Assembly: GCA_043228905.1 (NCBI GenBank)
Contig: JBHGNT010000015.1
Location: 12,400,001 to 12,464,000 of the forward strand
Direction of reading: 5' to 3'
DNA from: Azolla caroliniana
Lineage: Eukaryota; Plantae; Polypodiophyta
Length of the DNA stretch: 64,000 bases
Shown here: piece by piece, positions 1-14,090 of the stretch
How the letters are laid out: every line of letters starts with the position of its first letter
How positions within the stretch are numbered: position 1 is the first letter of the stretch
The notes under the pieces: generated by a model
The model's database searches: none
What the model was told of the DNA's origin: nothing
The model's input: the letters and a program-made list of their open reading frames with translations, nothing else
Program-made: the position numbers and the translations under genes

Positions 1-640
1 CGAAATAACTCCAGTAGTGATGACCAAGCAGATATTGGTGCATCTTGTATGACCAAGATGCATAGTTGCTCCTGTCGAGCTTCTCAGTCAGTTGTGAGAT
101 TCCCATTCCTCTATCCATATTGTTGTCTTTTCCTTTACGAAAACGACAACTTAACTCTGTCTTTATCGCAGGCTTTTCTGTCAGCTAGAGAGGAGTCTCA
201 ACATGCACGCTCTGATACCATGTAAAAAAGAATACGTGTGCGGAAGTGTATGCGTAAGAGCATAGAGTACACGGTTCGGAAGTAGGACAGTTCAGTAAAA
301 CGCAGAAATCACAAAGAAAGAGAGGGAGAGAGAGAGAGAGAGAGCAGAAAATACAAAACTATATTCAAAAATAATTTTCTATACTTATTTCGTGCTTAGT
401 GAGCACCTTTTATACAAGCCCCGACTATTGGGCTGACACAACTATTGACAGTACCTGACCGCTCATAAATGAGCCTTCTACACTAACTCCCAAAATTATT
501 CCTTACGAGGAATAACATTCCAACAGCCTTTCGGTTTAAACCATGCCACGGCCATATTTTGTGTACAATTTTATGCACCCAGTCTATGCACTGAGTTACG
601 TACCCGTTTATGCTCCAAATGTTGAGCTTGTCTCTCAACA
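1..640 (-). mobile_element. Ty1/copia LTR retrotransposon, 5' end (family 1, copy E): 5' LTR 221-640, PBS 209-220, start of gag running off the window
   Basis: Minus strand reads TGTTGAGAGAC...TTTTACA followed directly by TGGTATCAGAGC (tRNA-iMet PBS). Bases 1-118 match the gag start of copy B (ATG GAT AGA GGA ATG GGA). The LTR is homologous to 3257-3559, 12760-13218 and 18662-19068. Confidence 0.9.
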
Positions 641-2388
641 GTGGTCGATTCGGGTGCGTCGTTTCACCTAACCCCTGATTGAAAGTGCTTCTCATCCTAC
701 ATATCCGAAGATATTGGATCTGTAAAGATGGGAAATGAAGGAGCATGCTAAATTGTCGGCATTGGAGATTTGTGTTTGGTGACCTCAACTGGGTGTAGAC
801 TTGTGTTGAGAAATGTTCGGCACGTTCCAGAAGTTTGACTGAACTTGATATCAGTCGGTCGGCTAGATGATGAAGGCTACACGGGTAGCATCCGGAACAG
901 TGTCATGAAATTCTGCAGGGGAAGTCTGATCGTGACTCGAGCCCAGAAAACCAGCCCATTGTACATAATAAATGCTCAATTATGCATGGGGGAAGCCAAA
1001 GTGGTAGCCCACACTATCGATGAATTGTGGCGCAAGAGGTTGTGCCATATGAGCCAAAAGGGGATGCCAAATCTTGTTGAGGACAACCTTATTCCGGAGG
1101 TGAAGAATGTGCAGCTTAAGAAGTGCACAGATTGCTTGTCCGGCAAGCAGAATCGAACATCCTTCCAAGCAAGGCCCCCGATGAGGAAGAAATGCCGCTG
1201 GAACTCGTGCATATAGACGTATGCTATGTGGATACGAAGTCGCATGGTGGTTCACAGGATTTCGTGAACTTCATTAATGATTGTAGCTGGAAGTTGTGGG
1301 TTTTCGTGCTGAAGAAGAAGGATCAAGTGTCATTCGTCTTCAAAGAGTTCCAAGCGAGGGCCGAGAGAGAAACTGGCCGAAAAATGAAGGGCGTCCGAGG
1401 GAAAATGGCGGAGAGTACCGTGGACCGTTTAAGCAATACTGCCAAAATGAAGGAATCAGGCTCGAGTATACTGTGCCGAAGACACCAGATCTTAATGGGT
1501 TGGCCGAGATAATGAACCGAACCTTAATGGAAAGGGTCTGAAGTATGCTTGCACATGCAAAGTTACTGAAGACATTCTGGGCTGAGGCGCTGATGACAAC
1601 AGCGTATGTGATAAATCGATCACCCTTAGTACCCTTGGATGGTGATATTCCACAAAGGGTGTGGAGCGGAAAAGATGCTCATACCGACATCTGAGGGTGT
1701 TCGGTTTTCTTGCCTATGTGCACGTGGCAAAGGACCAAAGGGGGAAGTTAGATCCGAAATCTCGGCCATGCATATTTCTCGGCTATGGCAATGATGAATT
1801 TGGCTATCGGCTATGGGACTTAGCCGAGAAGAAAGTGATTAGGGGCCGCGACATTGTCTTCATGGAGGAAAAGACAATAGTTAATTGGGAGATTGAGAAT
1901 AAGTCTCCAACTACTGAATCGAACCAAGTCGATGCTCGACCGAATCGAGTAGAAGCCGATTCGATCAAAATCGAATCCGAGCTAGTCGGCCGATCTAATA
2001 CTTGGCAAAATCGAGAACCAATTGAAGAACAAGGGGAAACAGCCGAACAAGGAACTGAACTTGACTCGGCCGAAGAAGTTGAAGAAGAACATATTGTGCC
2101 GAATGGAGGCCAAAGATTTCCTCTAAGAGAAAGGAGAGCCCCCCAAAGATTTCCCGATGAAGAGCATGTATTGCTAACTGATGAGGGGGAGCTAGAAAGA
2201 TTTGAAGAAGCTAAGGAAGATACCCATAGCCGAAAGTGGTTGACTGCCATGCAAGAGGAGATGGATTCCTTTGTATGAGAACCACACATATGAACTGACC
2301 CAACTGTCGAGAGGAAAGAAGGCAATTCGGAATAAATGGGTATACAAGTTGAAACCGGGAGATGGCGGGAATCCACCTAGGTACAAAG
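641..2388 (+). mobile_element. Degenerate Tnt1-like Ty1/copia pol fragment (family 2): protease, GAG-pre-integrase, integrase, start of RT
   Basis: Starts at the protease motif VVDSGASFHLTP (641). Then LWRKRLCHMS, CTDCLSGKQ, LELVHIDVC, YTVPKTPDLNGLAE, HLRVFGFLAYVHV...KLDPKSRPCIFLGY and WLTAMQEEMDS. Many frameshifts and stops; truncated at PPRYK (~2388). Confidence 0.9.
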
Positions 2389-3256
2389 GGAAACCGAATA
2401 GCAATTTCTCCGCGGGTATGTCCCTCATTACCATCTCAGACCGGTAAGCCTCAAGATAGCTTGTTGCGTATTTCCTACCAAATCGGCCTATTACTCTAAC
2501 GATAGATTCGATGGCCCTATCAAGGGCTCTCGTGCCCTCGCGAGCACTCACCAGACGGTCTACCGCCACCGCCATGGCCTCAGCGAGTTCCGTTCCTCTC
2601 ATCTTCAGGATTCCTCTGCCGCCTGTTTCACGTCGAGTTCACCAAAGATGTCGTGTTACTTCGCGTAGATGCGAGGAAACATAGGCGAGACCGAGGAGGC
2701 CTTGGACCGAGGAATGCGAGAAGGGAGATGAGGGAAAGGAACTCAGAACATGCAAAGTACTGAAACAACTTATATTAACATGGCAATTACAACCGGCTCA
2801 ACCAGGGATGAGCTACGAGGTCAGTTACCAACACACGCACTCCACGGTCGTGACGCAACAAGGCCTCTGTCGTGAGCACTCGGGCTTCCTACGCGAACAA
2901 AGACGTCTGTGCGTCCAAGACAACAAAATCCCAAGATCGGGAAACAGGAAACAGAAGACAGATGCTTGGTTCCCAGTCCGACAACACCTCCTTCCCCTCC
3001 AAATGCGTAGTATCGTTTCAGCCTCCTTCCCTTCCCTTTTATAGGTTGTTGGGGAGCAACTGTCACATCCTAATTTCATCCTCTTTATTCTCTGTCCCTT
3101 TTGGCAGAGATACACTTTGATTCTTCCTAGTATATTTACATCACGTCGACCTACTCCTAGTCATGTACAAAGTTAGTAATGTACGCGTCCCCATGTAAAG
3201 GTCGGTTCACCCGCTTCATCCTCCAATTCCTCTTAAGGCTGGTTTTCTTCACGACA
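2388..3256 (-). mobile_element. Gypsy-like LTR retrotransposon 5' end: LTR 2649-3256, tRNA-Trp PBS 2627-2644, gag N-terminus 2602 to ~2388
   Basis: LTR is bounded by the 7-bp inverted repeat TGTCGTG...CACGACA. Plus strand 2627-2644 TTCACGTCGAGTTCACCA matches the 3' end of plant cytosolic tRNA-Trp as I recall it (TTCACGTCGGGTTCA-CCA) at 17/18. ORF MRGTELAEAM...GRFGRKYATSYLEAYRSEM starts right after the PBS and is gag-like. Confidence 0.75.
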
Positions 3257-6200
3257 ACGTTATTCCTCGTAAGGAATAATTTTGGGAGTTAGTGTAGAAG
3301 GCTCATTTATGAGCACTCAAGTACTGTCAATACTTGTGTCAGCCCAATATTCAAGGCTTGTATAAAAGGTGCTCACTAAGCACGAAGTATGTACAAAGAA
3401 CATACACAGAATTATTTTTTAATATAGTTTTGTTTCTACTCTCTCTCTCTGTCTCTCCCTCTCCTTCTCTGTGATTTCTGCATTTTACCGAACTGTCATA
3501 CTTATGAATTGTGTACTCTGTGTCTTTTGCATATGCTTCCGCACACGTATTCTTTTACATGGTATCAAAGAGGGAGGAGGGTTGAGACTCCTTTGCAGGC
3601 AACACAAAATCTTGCAATAAAGATAGAGTTAAGTTATTGGTTTCGGAAAGGATAGGACAACAATATGGACAGAGGAATGGGATGCTCGCTACCAACTGAG
3701 AAGCTCGACAGGTGGAACTACGCATCTTGGTCATACAAGATGCACAAGTACCTGCTTGGTCATGGTTACTGGAGTTATGTTGAAGGAGCTAATGATACAA
3801 CATCCGAATCGACACACAGAGACTTTTTGTCTTGGGAACAAGCGGCAAGCAGAGTTCTTTACTACTTCACATCCTGTGTGAGTGACCAGCTCTTGAGCTA
3901 CATTCGGGATGCTAAGATGCTAAAGGACGCGTGGGCAAATCTCAAGAGGATTTTCACGCTGGCACAACGACCAGGAAGCTACATCTCACGTAGGAGCTCA
4001 GCAATGTCCACCAGAAATATCTATATGTGGCTGATTACACGGCCTGAATCAAGGAAATCTGAGATTCCCTCGCCTCCGTCAACGTGAACATCGAGGAGGA
4101 TGAAATGGTGCAGATTTTTCTTGGAGGGTTAGCGTCAAAGTTCGGAGCATTCCGAACAACAGTCTCCACAAGGGAGAATACGCGTTCGTTCTTCGAGCTT
4201 CAGTCAATGTTGCTCGTTGAGGAAAATCATGTGGATGCATCAACAAGTACGCACGCTGACGGTAGGATGTTGTACACAGAGGAAGCTAGGCCCCATGGTC
4301 GAGGTGGATCGACGCGCAATGGAGGCAGCCAAAAAGAGCAGAACGTGCGGCATAATCGAAATGTCAAAAGCAATTCTGAACCCTCCGTAAGCAGGGGGAG
4401 TCATAGCGGCGCCGGAAGCCGGCAAGAGAAGGTCGTGACAGAATGCAAGTACAGTGTCAAGAAAGGCCAAAGGGAGAGCGAGTCCTGGAAGATGAGTGCC
4501 GACTCAGACAAAGCCGGATCGAGCGGAAGAAATGCAAAGAGGCATCAGAGGTCGCACTACGCAGAAGGCTCCGAACGAGCTTGAAATGGATCAGGTCGAG
4601 CCTTCGTAATGAAGAACAAGGCCAATTCGATGGTCGTGAATACCTCAGAATCGAGCGAGGTGTGGTACGTTGATTCTGGAACGTCAAATCATATGACGAG
4701 TCATGAGGAATAGGTCTCGTACTTGGACAAACCAAAAAACAAGGAGTGGGCGAAACGGGAGACGACCGCATACCATCGAACATGTCGGCGAAGTTCCCCT
4801 CAGCCATGTCGGGCAGAATGGGAAACTCAGGAATGTGTTGCATGTCCCAACAATAACGAAGAACTTGGTGTCGGTCGTACAGATCGTCGACCAGGGGATG
4901 CAAGTTTGATTCACGCACCTCGGGTGCTACATCAAACAGGAAGGCCAAGTCATCGCGCAAGGGTGCCATGAAGGGAGGATGTTCAACCTCGACACCAACC
5001 AAGCCGGAACTGCGATATTCACGAAAGGACAGAAGGTTGAATCAGATATTGACCTGTGGCACAAGCGGTTCGACAATGTTAACTTCCCACGCCTTCATGA
5101 AATGCAGATGAAGAACATTGTTTTCAGTTTGCCGAAATTTCGTGGCCGGAATGGCCAAGTCTATGAAGCCTGCCAACTAGGGAAGCAGCACCGAGTTCCG
5201 TTCCCAAACGAGCGTAATCGGAGTCAAAATCCGCTCAACTTAATCCATTTGGATGTGTGGGAACCGACACAGAACATGAGTCTCGGTGGAAGCCATTACT
5301 TCATAACCTTCATTGATGACTTCACTCGGCATACCTGGGCATGTACGATCGCGAAAAAGAGCGAAGTCTTCGCGTGGTTCATGAAGGTGAAGAGCCATGC
5401 GGAAAGGGAAACTGGGCGTAAGATCAAGTGCCTACAGTCCGATGCGGGAATGAGTACTTCTCCGACCAGTTCACAAGTTATCTACAAAAGGAAGGAATTC
5501 GACGTGAATTCTCGTGTAGATACACACCACAACAGGACGGCGTGGCCGAGCAGAAGAATTAGCTAGGGCAATGCTTGAAGAGAAGCATATGGCGAAGTTT
5601 TACTGGGCTGAAGCCGTAAGGACGGTTGTTTACTTGCAGAATTAGACTTCTGCCAAAGGAGGAGTGTCGTCACATGAGTTGTATTTCGGGAAGAAGTCGA
5701 ACCTTCCACACTTGATGATTTTCAGCAGCATTGCGTATGTGCATGTGCCGAAGGAGAAGAGGAGGAAGTTGGACGCCAAAGCTAAGAAGTGTATCTTGGT
5801 CGACTATTCAGACGAACAGAAGGGGTATAAGTGTTATAACCCCCGAACAAAGGAAGTTTTGCATAAGCGGAGATGTCATGTTCGACGAATTTGCTTTGTG
5901 GTACTTGCCTTCACTTCCAATACCTCATGACTCCATTCCGAATTCTGAAGAAGAGGTCAGTGAGGCCGAGCTGCCTCCGCGTGATAGAGAGTCCAATCTC
6001 ATTTCGGCTTAGTGGACTGAATGAGGGGTTGGGCCGAGATGGTCAACCAAATGAAGAGTTGACAAGTAGTGGAGACTCAACCGTGGTGTCCCCGCGTAAA
6101 GAACCAAGGAGACGGTTTATGCGTAAAGAAAAAGGGAAGAAGAAAATGTCGGAATATGATTTCGGCAGTGCCAAGTCAAATCGGAGCGAATCTGACTTTG

Positions 6201-7275
6201 GGCCAATCGAGAAGGAACCTTCGTAGAAGAGGTCGAAATCGGTCGAAAAGGTTGTGAAATCGGGTAATCACGAATTACGCCAATCTACCTGCCTTAAAAA
6301 CCCCGTAAAAAGATACGGGTACAATGAATACATGGCGCATCATTACGCGTACATGACACGAGTGGCGGAAGTATGTGAGCCGGAGAGCTATGTAGAGGCA
6401 GCGAAAGACACGAATTGGTGTGCCGCGATGGAGGAAGAGATGCACGCTTTAACAGACAACGAGACTTGGGACCTGGTTGACGCACCTAAAGGTGTAAAGA
6501 CGATCAGATGCATATGGGCGTTTAAGGTGAAATACAACACCGACAACTCGGTCAACCGATATAAGGCCCGTTTGGTTGTGAAAGGCTACGCGCAGAAGCA
6601 CGACATAGATTACGACGAGACGTTCGCGCCGGTCGCGAAGATGACAATGGTACACGTTCTGCTAGCTGTAGCAGCGGTGAAGGGGTGGCACTTACATCAG
6701 ATGGATGTAAAAAATGTGTTCCTGCAAGGCGATCTTGAGGACTAAGTGTATATGGTACAGGCCCCCGGATTTCTATCCAAACAAAACACTTCGGTAGTTT
6801 GCAGATTGAAGAAGTCTTTATACGGACTTAAGCAAGCCCCGCGAGCTTGGAACGCAAAGATTATGCAGCGGTTGCGTAGCATGGGGTTCACGACGTTCAA
6901 GTCAGACTCTTCATTATTTGTTCAGCAAGGTCGACATGGACCATTTTGTCTTTTACTTTATGTTGATGATTTAGCCATCACCGGTGCCAACCTGGAAGAA
7001 ATCAGTCGCGTAAAGTCTCTACTTGCGGCATCATTCGAAATGAAGGATCTTCATGATCTTGACCCCTCTAGATAGAAACGTCAAGCATCGTCGAGATTTG
7101 GGAAAGGCATGCGACTCGACATGGTTTCAACAAATTGTCAGAAGCCTCATCTACTTGACGATCACTCGGCCGGATCTCAGTTACCCGGTCGGCTTGATCA
7201 GTCAATTTATGTCGCAGCCCACAGACAAACACTTTCAGTGTGCGCAAAGGATATTGCGATATGTTAGTGGCACCA
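3257..7275 (+). mobile_element. Ty1/copia retrotransposon (family 1, copy B): interrupted 5' LTR 3257-3559, PBS 3560-3571, degenerate gag-PR-INT-RT
   Basis: LTR ends ...TTTTACA|TGGTATCAAAG. gag MDRGMG...KLDRWNYASWSYKM (3665), protease WYVDSG (~4663), integrase [44 protein letters not shown] and LLYVDDL. Multiple stops and frameshifts. Confidence 0.93.
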
Positions 7276-9444
7276 ACCACATATGTCATTCAATACATCC
7301 TCTATGATGAAGTGAGTTCTGTGATGAAGCCATTGCTAACAAGCACAAGGAGAAATGGTAGAGTGCAATGCAAGACGAGATGGACTCCTTGCATGAGAAC
7401 TACACCTATGACCTAGTAGAGCTACCGAAAGGTAATAGAGCACTCAAGAATAAATGGGTCTACAATTTGAAGATGGAGAAGTCGACAGTGCACCCAAATA
7501 TAAAGCTTGCATTGTGGTGAAGGGGTTTCAACAAAAAAAGGGTGTCGACTTCGACGAGATATTTGCACCAATTGTAAAGATGACATCAATTAGAACGGTT
7601 CTCTGCATAGTTGCTAGTATGGACTTGGAGATCGAACATTTAGATGTCAAAACAGCATTCTCGCATAGGGAGCTGGATGAAGAAATCTATGTGCAATAGG
7701 CCGAAGGCTTTGTGGAGAAAGGGAAAGAGAACTTGGTCTGTTAACTGGAAAAAAGCTTGTATGGTCTGAAACAAGCCCCACACCAATGGTACAAGAAGTT
7801 TGAGTCCTTCATGCACGAACATAGGTTCCTGAAAACACAGGTTGATCATTGTGTGTTCGTCAATAGGTACGATGAAGGTGACTTCTTAATTCTCTAATTA
7901 TATGTTGATGACATGTTGATAGTCGGACAAGACACAAAGAGGGTCATGAGCTTGAAGAAAGCATTAGGCAAGTCATTTTCCGTGGAAGATCTTGGACCAG
8001 CGAAACAAATATTGAGCATGCACATAGTTCGAGATAGAACTAAGAAAGTGTTGTGGTTGTCACAAGAGTAGTATGTGACAAAGATCCTAGAAAGATTCAA
8101 CATATTGGAAGCAAAGCTAGTCGGCTCTATCTTGCCGACCAACTGCAAACTGAATGCAAAGCAATGCCTAAGAGAGGAGAAAGAAAAGGCTGAGATGAGG
8201 AAAGTACCATATGCCTCAATCGTCAGTAGTTTAATGTATGTTATGGTCTGTACAAGACCAGACATAGCATTTGTTGTGGGAGTAGTAAGCCGATATATGA
8301 GTAGTCCAAGCACCTCGAGGGTATGCCTAAGGTATGGTGTCGGAAAACCCACACTCGAAGGGTTTACCGATTCAGACGTGTCGGGGGATACAAAATCAAG
8401 CCAATCCACATCAGGGTACATGATGACCTATGCAGGGGGAGCAGTGTTGTGGCAGGCCTTGTTGACCACAGAGACAGAGTATATGGCAAGGATAAAGGCT
8501 GGCAAAGAGCTTATTTTGATGAGAAACTTCCTCAATGAGTTGGGAATGAAGCAAAGGGATTTCTGGCTTCATTGTGATAGCTAGAGCACCATACATCTAG
8601 CCACGAATGTTGCATATCACTCCCAGACCAAGCACATACAAAGAAGGTATCACTGGTTGCGGGAGAAAGTGGAAGAGGGAGAGTTTACCCTTGTGAAGAT
8701 TCATACTGACGACAATGGATCCGACATGCTGACAAAGAACCTACTGATGGACAGACTCAAGGTCTGTCGACAAAGGACAGGACTAACTGACGCCACCCAT
8801 AGGAGTGAAGGGGAGTTTGTTAGGAACATGTCCCTCCTATGGGAGGAGCCGACTGTTCAGGCGGAGAGCCGACAGTCGATGACAAAGAGTGAGTCGATAG
8901 TATACAAAGTGATCCAGGTCGAAGACACGACTAACTAGTCTAGTTGACCGGATGGTCGAAGATAAGGCTGACTAGATAGTCAACACAAGAGTCGACTAGT
9001 CAACCAGTCAACTCATTAATTGTTACTGCTATTATTATTAGTATAGTAATAGGAAGATTGTAGTAGTGGCTACATTTGTAAATAGCCCATAAGGTGTATA
9101 AGTATAAATACACTTAGGGCAAAGCTTTAGACGTGACAAGAGAGAGTAGAACATAGTGAAGAGTTGTGTGTTGCAAAGTATAGAGAGTGCGTGAGAGAGA
9201 GCAGTGGCAGAGTTCAGTGAACTTGCCAAGAACCCTAAGTGGTTATCCTGTGAGGTTTAGAGAAGATTTGTAACCATTTTCTGTATTCTCGTGTATAATG
9301 GAAGATCTATTCTCCCGTGGTTTTCCCCGTTTAGTGTTTCCATGTAAACACTAGGTATTGTGCATTTGATGTTTTCTGTCTTTTCGTGACATTGTGTATT
9401 TCGAGTTTGTCTTTCTCACAAATCAAAGATTTGTTCCTTTCACA
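7276..9444 (+). mobile_element. Tnt1-like copia 3' half (family 2): RT-RNaseH, PPT 8801-8815, 3' LTR ~8818-9444
   Basis: KGFQQKKGVDFDEIFAPIVKMTSIR, LDVKTAF, YVDDMLI, CTRPDIAFVVGVVSRY, GFTDSD and KIHTDDNGSDMLTK. Purine tract AGGAGTGAAGGGGAG followed by TGTTAGG...; the LTR ends ...TTTCACA at 9444, where the copy C RT begins. Confidence 0.88.
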
Positions 9445-12400
9445 AACCCCATCCGATGCAATCTTTGCATGATATTCGCGCTCCAAACAAACGAGGCTTG
9501 CTTAAGTCCATATAGTGACTTCTTCAGTCAACAAACTGCCGATGTGTTTCATTCAGAGAGAAATTTGGGGGGTTGTACCATGTACACCTATTCCTAAAGC
9601 TCGCCTTGCAAGAACACATTCTTTACATCCATTTGATGTAAATCCCACCCCTTTGCCACAACTACCGCTAGCAAAACATGGAAGGTCGTCATCTTTGCGA
9701 CCGGCACAAACGTCTCATCATAATTGATGTCGTGTTGTTGCGCATAGCCCTTTGCCACCAAGCAGGCCTTGTATCAGTTAACAAAGTCATCAGCATTATA
9801 CTTGACCTTATATACCCACCTGCATCTGATCGACTTCACACCCTTGGGGGCATCAACTAGGTCCCATGTCTCATTTGTTGCCAATGCAAGCATCTCTTCC
9901 TCCATAGCGGCATGCCAATTTGCGTCCTTCGCCACTTCTGCGTAGCTCTCCGGCTCGCGCACTTCCACCACCTTCATCATATATGCATAATGATGCGCCA
10001 TAAACTCGTTGTACCCATACCGAATTACGGGGTTCTTCTGGCGGGTGGATTGGCGCAACTTCTAGTTGGCCAATTTCAAGACCCTCTTGGCCGGTTCTGA
10101 CCTTGTTTCTAGAGGTTCGTCTTCGTTCCTGGCTGTGTCAAATTCATTCGGATCCAATGCGCCGGTCTCTGCCATATTCCGGCATCTTCATCTTCCCTTT
10201 TTCCTTGCGCATAAACCGTCTCCTCAGTTTCTGGCACGGGGATTGCATGGCCGAGTCTCCACTACTCGTCGGCTAGTCATCCAACTGGTCATTCTAACTC
10301 AGTCTCTCATTCGGCTCACTTAGCCACAATGAGATCAGACTCTCTTCTAGAGCTCCGATTTCTTCTTCATCCAAGGGAATCTTGGCGTCATTGGCTTCAT
10401 CCTCAGAATTCGAAATGGAGTTGAAGGAGGTTGGAGGTGGAGGCAAGTACCATGAAGCCGACTCGTCGAATACAACATCTCAACTGACTCAGACCTGTTT
10501 CATTCGAGGGTTATAACACTTATAGCCCTTTTGTTTGTCCAAGTAGCAAACTAAGATACACTTCTCGGCTTTGGTATCTAGCTTCCTCCGCTTCTCCTTC
10601 GGCACATACAAATATGCTATGATGTCAAACACCCTCAAGTGTGCCAAGTTTGGCTTCTTCCCAAAGTATAACTCATGTAGTGACACTCCTCCATTTGCAG
10701 ATGTCTGATTCTGCAAGTAAACGGTTTTCCTAACCGCTTCAGCCCAGTCGAACTTAGGCATATGCTTCTCATCAAGCATTGCTTGTGTCTCTTCCTCTAT
10801 TGTCCGGTTCTTTCGCTCCGCCACACCGTTCTACTCTAGTGTGTATCTGGAAGACAATTCTCATCGAATTCCCTCCTTCTACAAATAACTTGAGAATTGG
10901 TTGGAAAAGCACTCTTTTCCGCCATCAGTCCTGAGGCACTTGATCTTCCAGCATGTCTTCCGTTCAACAAGGCTCTTCACCTTCAAGAAACAAGAGAAGA
11001 CTTCGCTTTTCTTCTTGATCAAGAAACCCCAAGTGTGTTGAGTGTAGTCATCAATGAAGGTTACAAAGTAATGACTCCCACCGATACTCACATTCTGCGT
11101 CGACCCCCACACATCCAAGTGGATCAAATCAACCTTGTTTTGGCTCTGATTGCGCTCATTGGGGAATGGAACTCGGTGATACTTCCCTAATTGGCAAACT
11201 TCTCAGACTTGGCCCTTTCAACCACTAAATTTTAGCAACCCGAAAACAATGTTCTTCATTTGCATTTCTCGAAGCCGCGGGAAGTTGACGTGGCCGAACC
11301 ACTTGTGCCATAAGCCGATGTCTGATTCGACTTTCTACCCTTTGGCAAACATAGCGGTGCCTATCATTCGTTTTGAGGATAAACATCCTCCCTTCTCGAT
11401 GCTGTTGCGCATTATTTGACCTTCCTCTTCGATGAAGCACCCAAGGTGAGTAAACCGAACTTGTATCCCCTAATCGACAATTTGTCCGACCGTCGCCAAG
11501 TTCTTGGTGATTGTTGGCACATGCTAGACATTTCTCAAGATTCCTCTCTGACCGACATGGCTTAGAGGGACATCTCCAATATGTTCAATGGGGTGAGCGG
11601 TGTCATCACCAGTTTCAATGACCCCTTGTTGTTCTGGCTTCTTCGGAGTCGAGAACGACTCCTTATGATTCGTCATCTGGTTTGATGCGCCGGAATCCAC
11701 ATACCACACCTCATTTGACCTTGAGGTGTTCATCGCCATCGAGTTGTCTTTGTGTTTCATTATGAAGGTTGGGCCCGTTTCAGCTTGCCCTTAGCCTTCG
11801 GCATAGTGCGACCTCTAACGCCTATTTGCGTCCCTTCAGCTTGATTTGGCTCTTTCTGAATCGTCGTGCTTCTTCCAGCACTCGCTCTCTCTGTGGCCCT
11901 TCCGGCCACAATACCAGGAGTCGGTCCCGGCTTTCCCTTGCCGGCTTCCGGCACCGCCTTGATTCCCCCTACTCGTGGAGGGTCCGGAATTGTTGTCGGC
12001 ATTTCGATTATGCCTCGAGTTCTGCTCCTGTCAACCACCTCCATATTGTGCCGATCTACCGAGTCCATGTATAACATCTTGTTGTCGGTGTGTGTGCTCG
12101 TCAATGCACCCAAGTGGTTTTCTTCTGCGAGCAACATCGATTGTAGCTCGAAAAACGAAGGCGTATTCTCCCTCGTGCAGACCATTGTTCGAAATGCTCT
12201 GAACTCTGAGGCAAACCTGCACCATCTCGTCCTCCTTGACAGTCACATTGATGGAGGTGAAGGAGTCATAGATCTCCTTGATCTAGGTAATTGTGTAATC
12301 GGCCACAGACAGATCTTTCTATCGGACATTGTTGAGCTCTTGCTTGAGTTGCAACTTCCTGGCCATTGTGCTCGTGCCGAAAACCCGATTGAGGTTCGTC

Positions 12401-13218
12401 CATGCATCATTTGGCGTCTTGGCATCCCAGATGTAGTTAAGTAGCTAGTCTTCGACATTGGAGGCGAAGCAGTAGATTACTCTACTTGCCACCTATTCCC
12501 AAGCCGAAAAGTCATTGTGTGTCGCATTCGGTGTTGCATCATTCGCTCCTTCCACGTAACTCTAGCATCCATGACCAAGTAGATAATGGTGCATCTTATA
12601 TGCCCAAGATGCATAGTTGCTCCTATCAAGCTTTTCTGTCGGAAGTGAGCTTCCCATACCTCTGTCTTTTCTTTTCCAAAAAAAAGCAAAAAACTTGTCT
12701 CTATCTTGTTCGTTTTGTCAGCAATAGAGGATTCTTCTAACCCTCACGCTTTAATACCATGTAAAAGAATATGTGTGTGGAAGCAGAAGCGGAAGACACA
12801 AAGTACACAGTTGGTTATTCGGAAACCCAACAGTTAGATAAACACAAAGAATAGATACACAGTGAGAGACACAGAGACATAGAGAGCAGACAACAACAAA
12901 CTTCCATTACAAAGTGTTCTGTATACTCTGTACAACGAATGTGCTCAAAGAGCACTTTATATACAAGCCCTGATGAGTGGGCAGACACAAGTGTTGACAA
13001 GTACTTTAATGCTCATTAACTAAGCCTAACACTGACTCAACCTATAATATTCCTATTTACTAAAATAGGAATATAGGCCTCTAATGACCAGCCAATTCGG
13101 TTTACCAACCAATTTGGCTTTCGGCTTATTCAGCCGATTTGGGCCTAGCCAATCAATCTCCGACTCTCGGCTTCTTCAGCCAATTCGGCCCATGTTGAGC
13201 TTCGCTTGTCTCTCAATA
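9445..13218 (-). mobile_element. Ty1/copia retrotransposon (family 1, copy C): 5' LTR 12760-13218, PBS 12748-12759, degenerate gag-PR-INT-partial RT
   Basis: Minus-strand ORFs contain WYVDSGASN, IHLDVWGS, AERKNRTI, KLDTKAEKCIL, WHAAMEEEM and CRWVYKVKY. Degenerate iMet PBS (TGGTATTAAAGC) lies next to the LTR. Homologous to copy B. Confidence 0.92.
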
Positions 13219-14090
13219 GCAAATGACAAAAGGAAAGGAGCTAGAGGTGCCCGAAGACTCAGATACAGTAAAGAGTTTTTTACACAAGGGTGATCCTTTC
13301 CGCCAACTATACTATAGTGTATATAACGGGGATGTGGGTAATATGCTTGACGTATTACCCAAGAGGCATTATACGTTGCTCGTTGCAGATATACCATATG
13401 GATTTTGAATAATCGAAGCATTGTGAACATTTGTGCGTGGGGTACTATGATGCAATTTCTAAGAAGAAGGCTCGGGCACATGTGAATGAGCGAAATGTCG
13501 TAAATTATATCATTTGCCCAGTTGTGACGAAGAAGTTGTGCCATGTTTCTGGCGATAAAAGTCTAGTGAACCCCTACCAAAAACCATAGCGATTGATCGG
13601 GCTATTTTCTAACCCCGATGATTGGGTTCTCGACTTATTTTCTGGAACAGGTATTCTTACACACATGATCAATTTATCTTAAAATAATATTGATTTCCCC
13701 AAATATGTTTTCTCACTTACGCAATTACGATTTTTTTTTCAAGAACTACGACTACATGTTCTTTAAAGATGTTTAGGAACTGTGTTGCCTTGGAGAAGGA
13801 CCCTTCACAAGTTAACTTTATTAAAATAAGGATCCAAGGTATCTAGGATTGTCTCAACCAAGACCAAGAGGTTGGGACAAAGCATATTAATGAAACTAAG
13901 ATGTTCCAGTTGACCTCCAGAGAACCGATGGAACCTAAGACGAAGGAGGGGACCTTGTCGATCTTGAGGATGTATTATAGTTCGAACAAATGCTTGATTT
14001 AGTTGAGCAGACAGAAGAGGCAAATGTTGATATGACACAATAGTCAATTGATCTTGGAGAGCAGACAGTTCCAGATTTACTAATGGAATG

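Noticed and set aside
2192-2602. 136-aa minus-strand ORF as a complete gene
   Set aside because: Only the first ~70 codons are gag; the rest is antisense copia RT read through the junction at ~2388.
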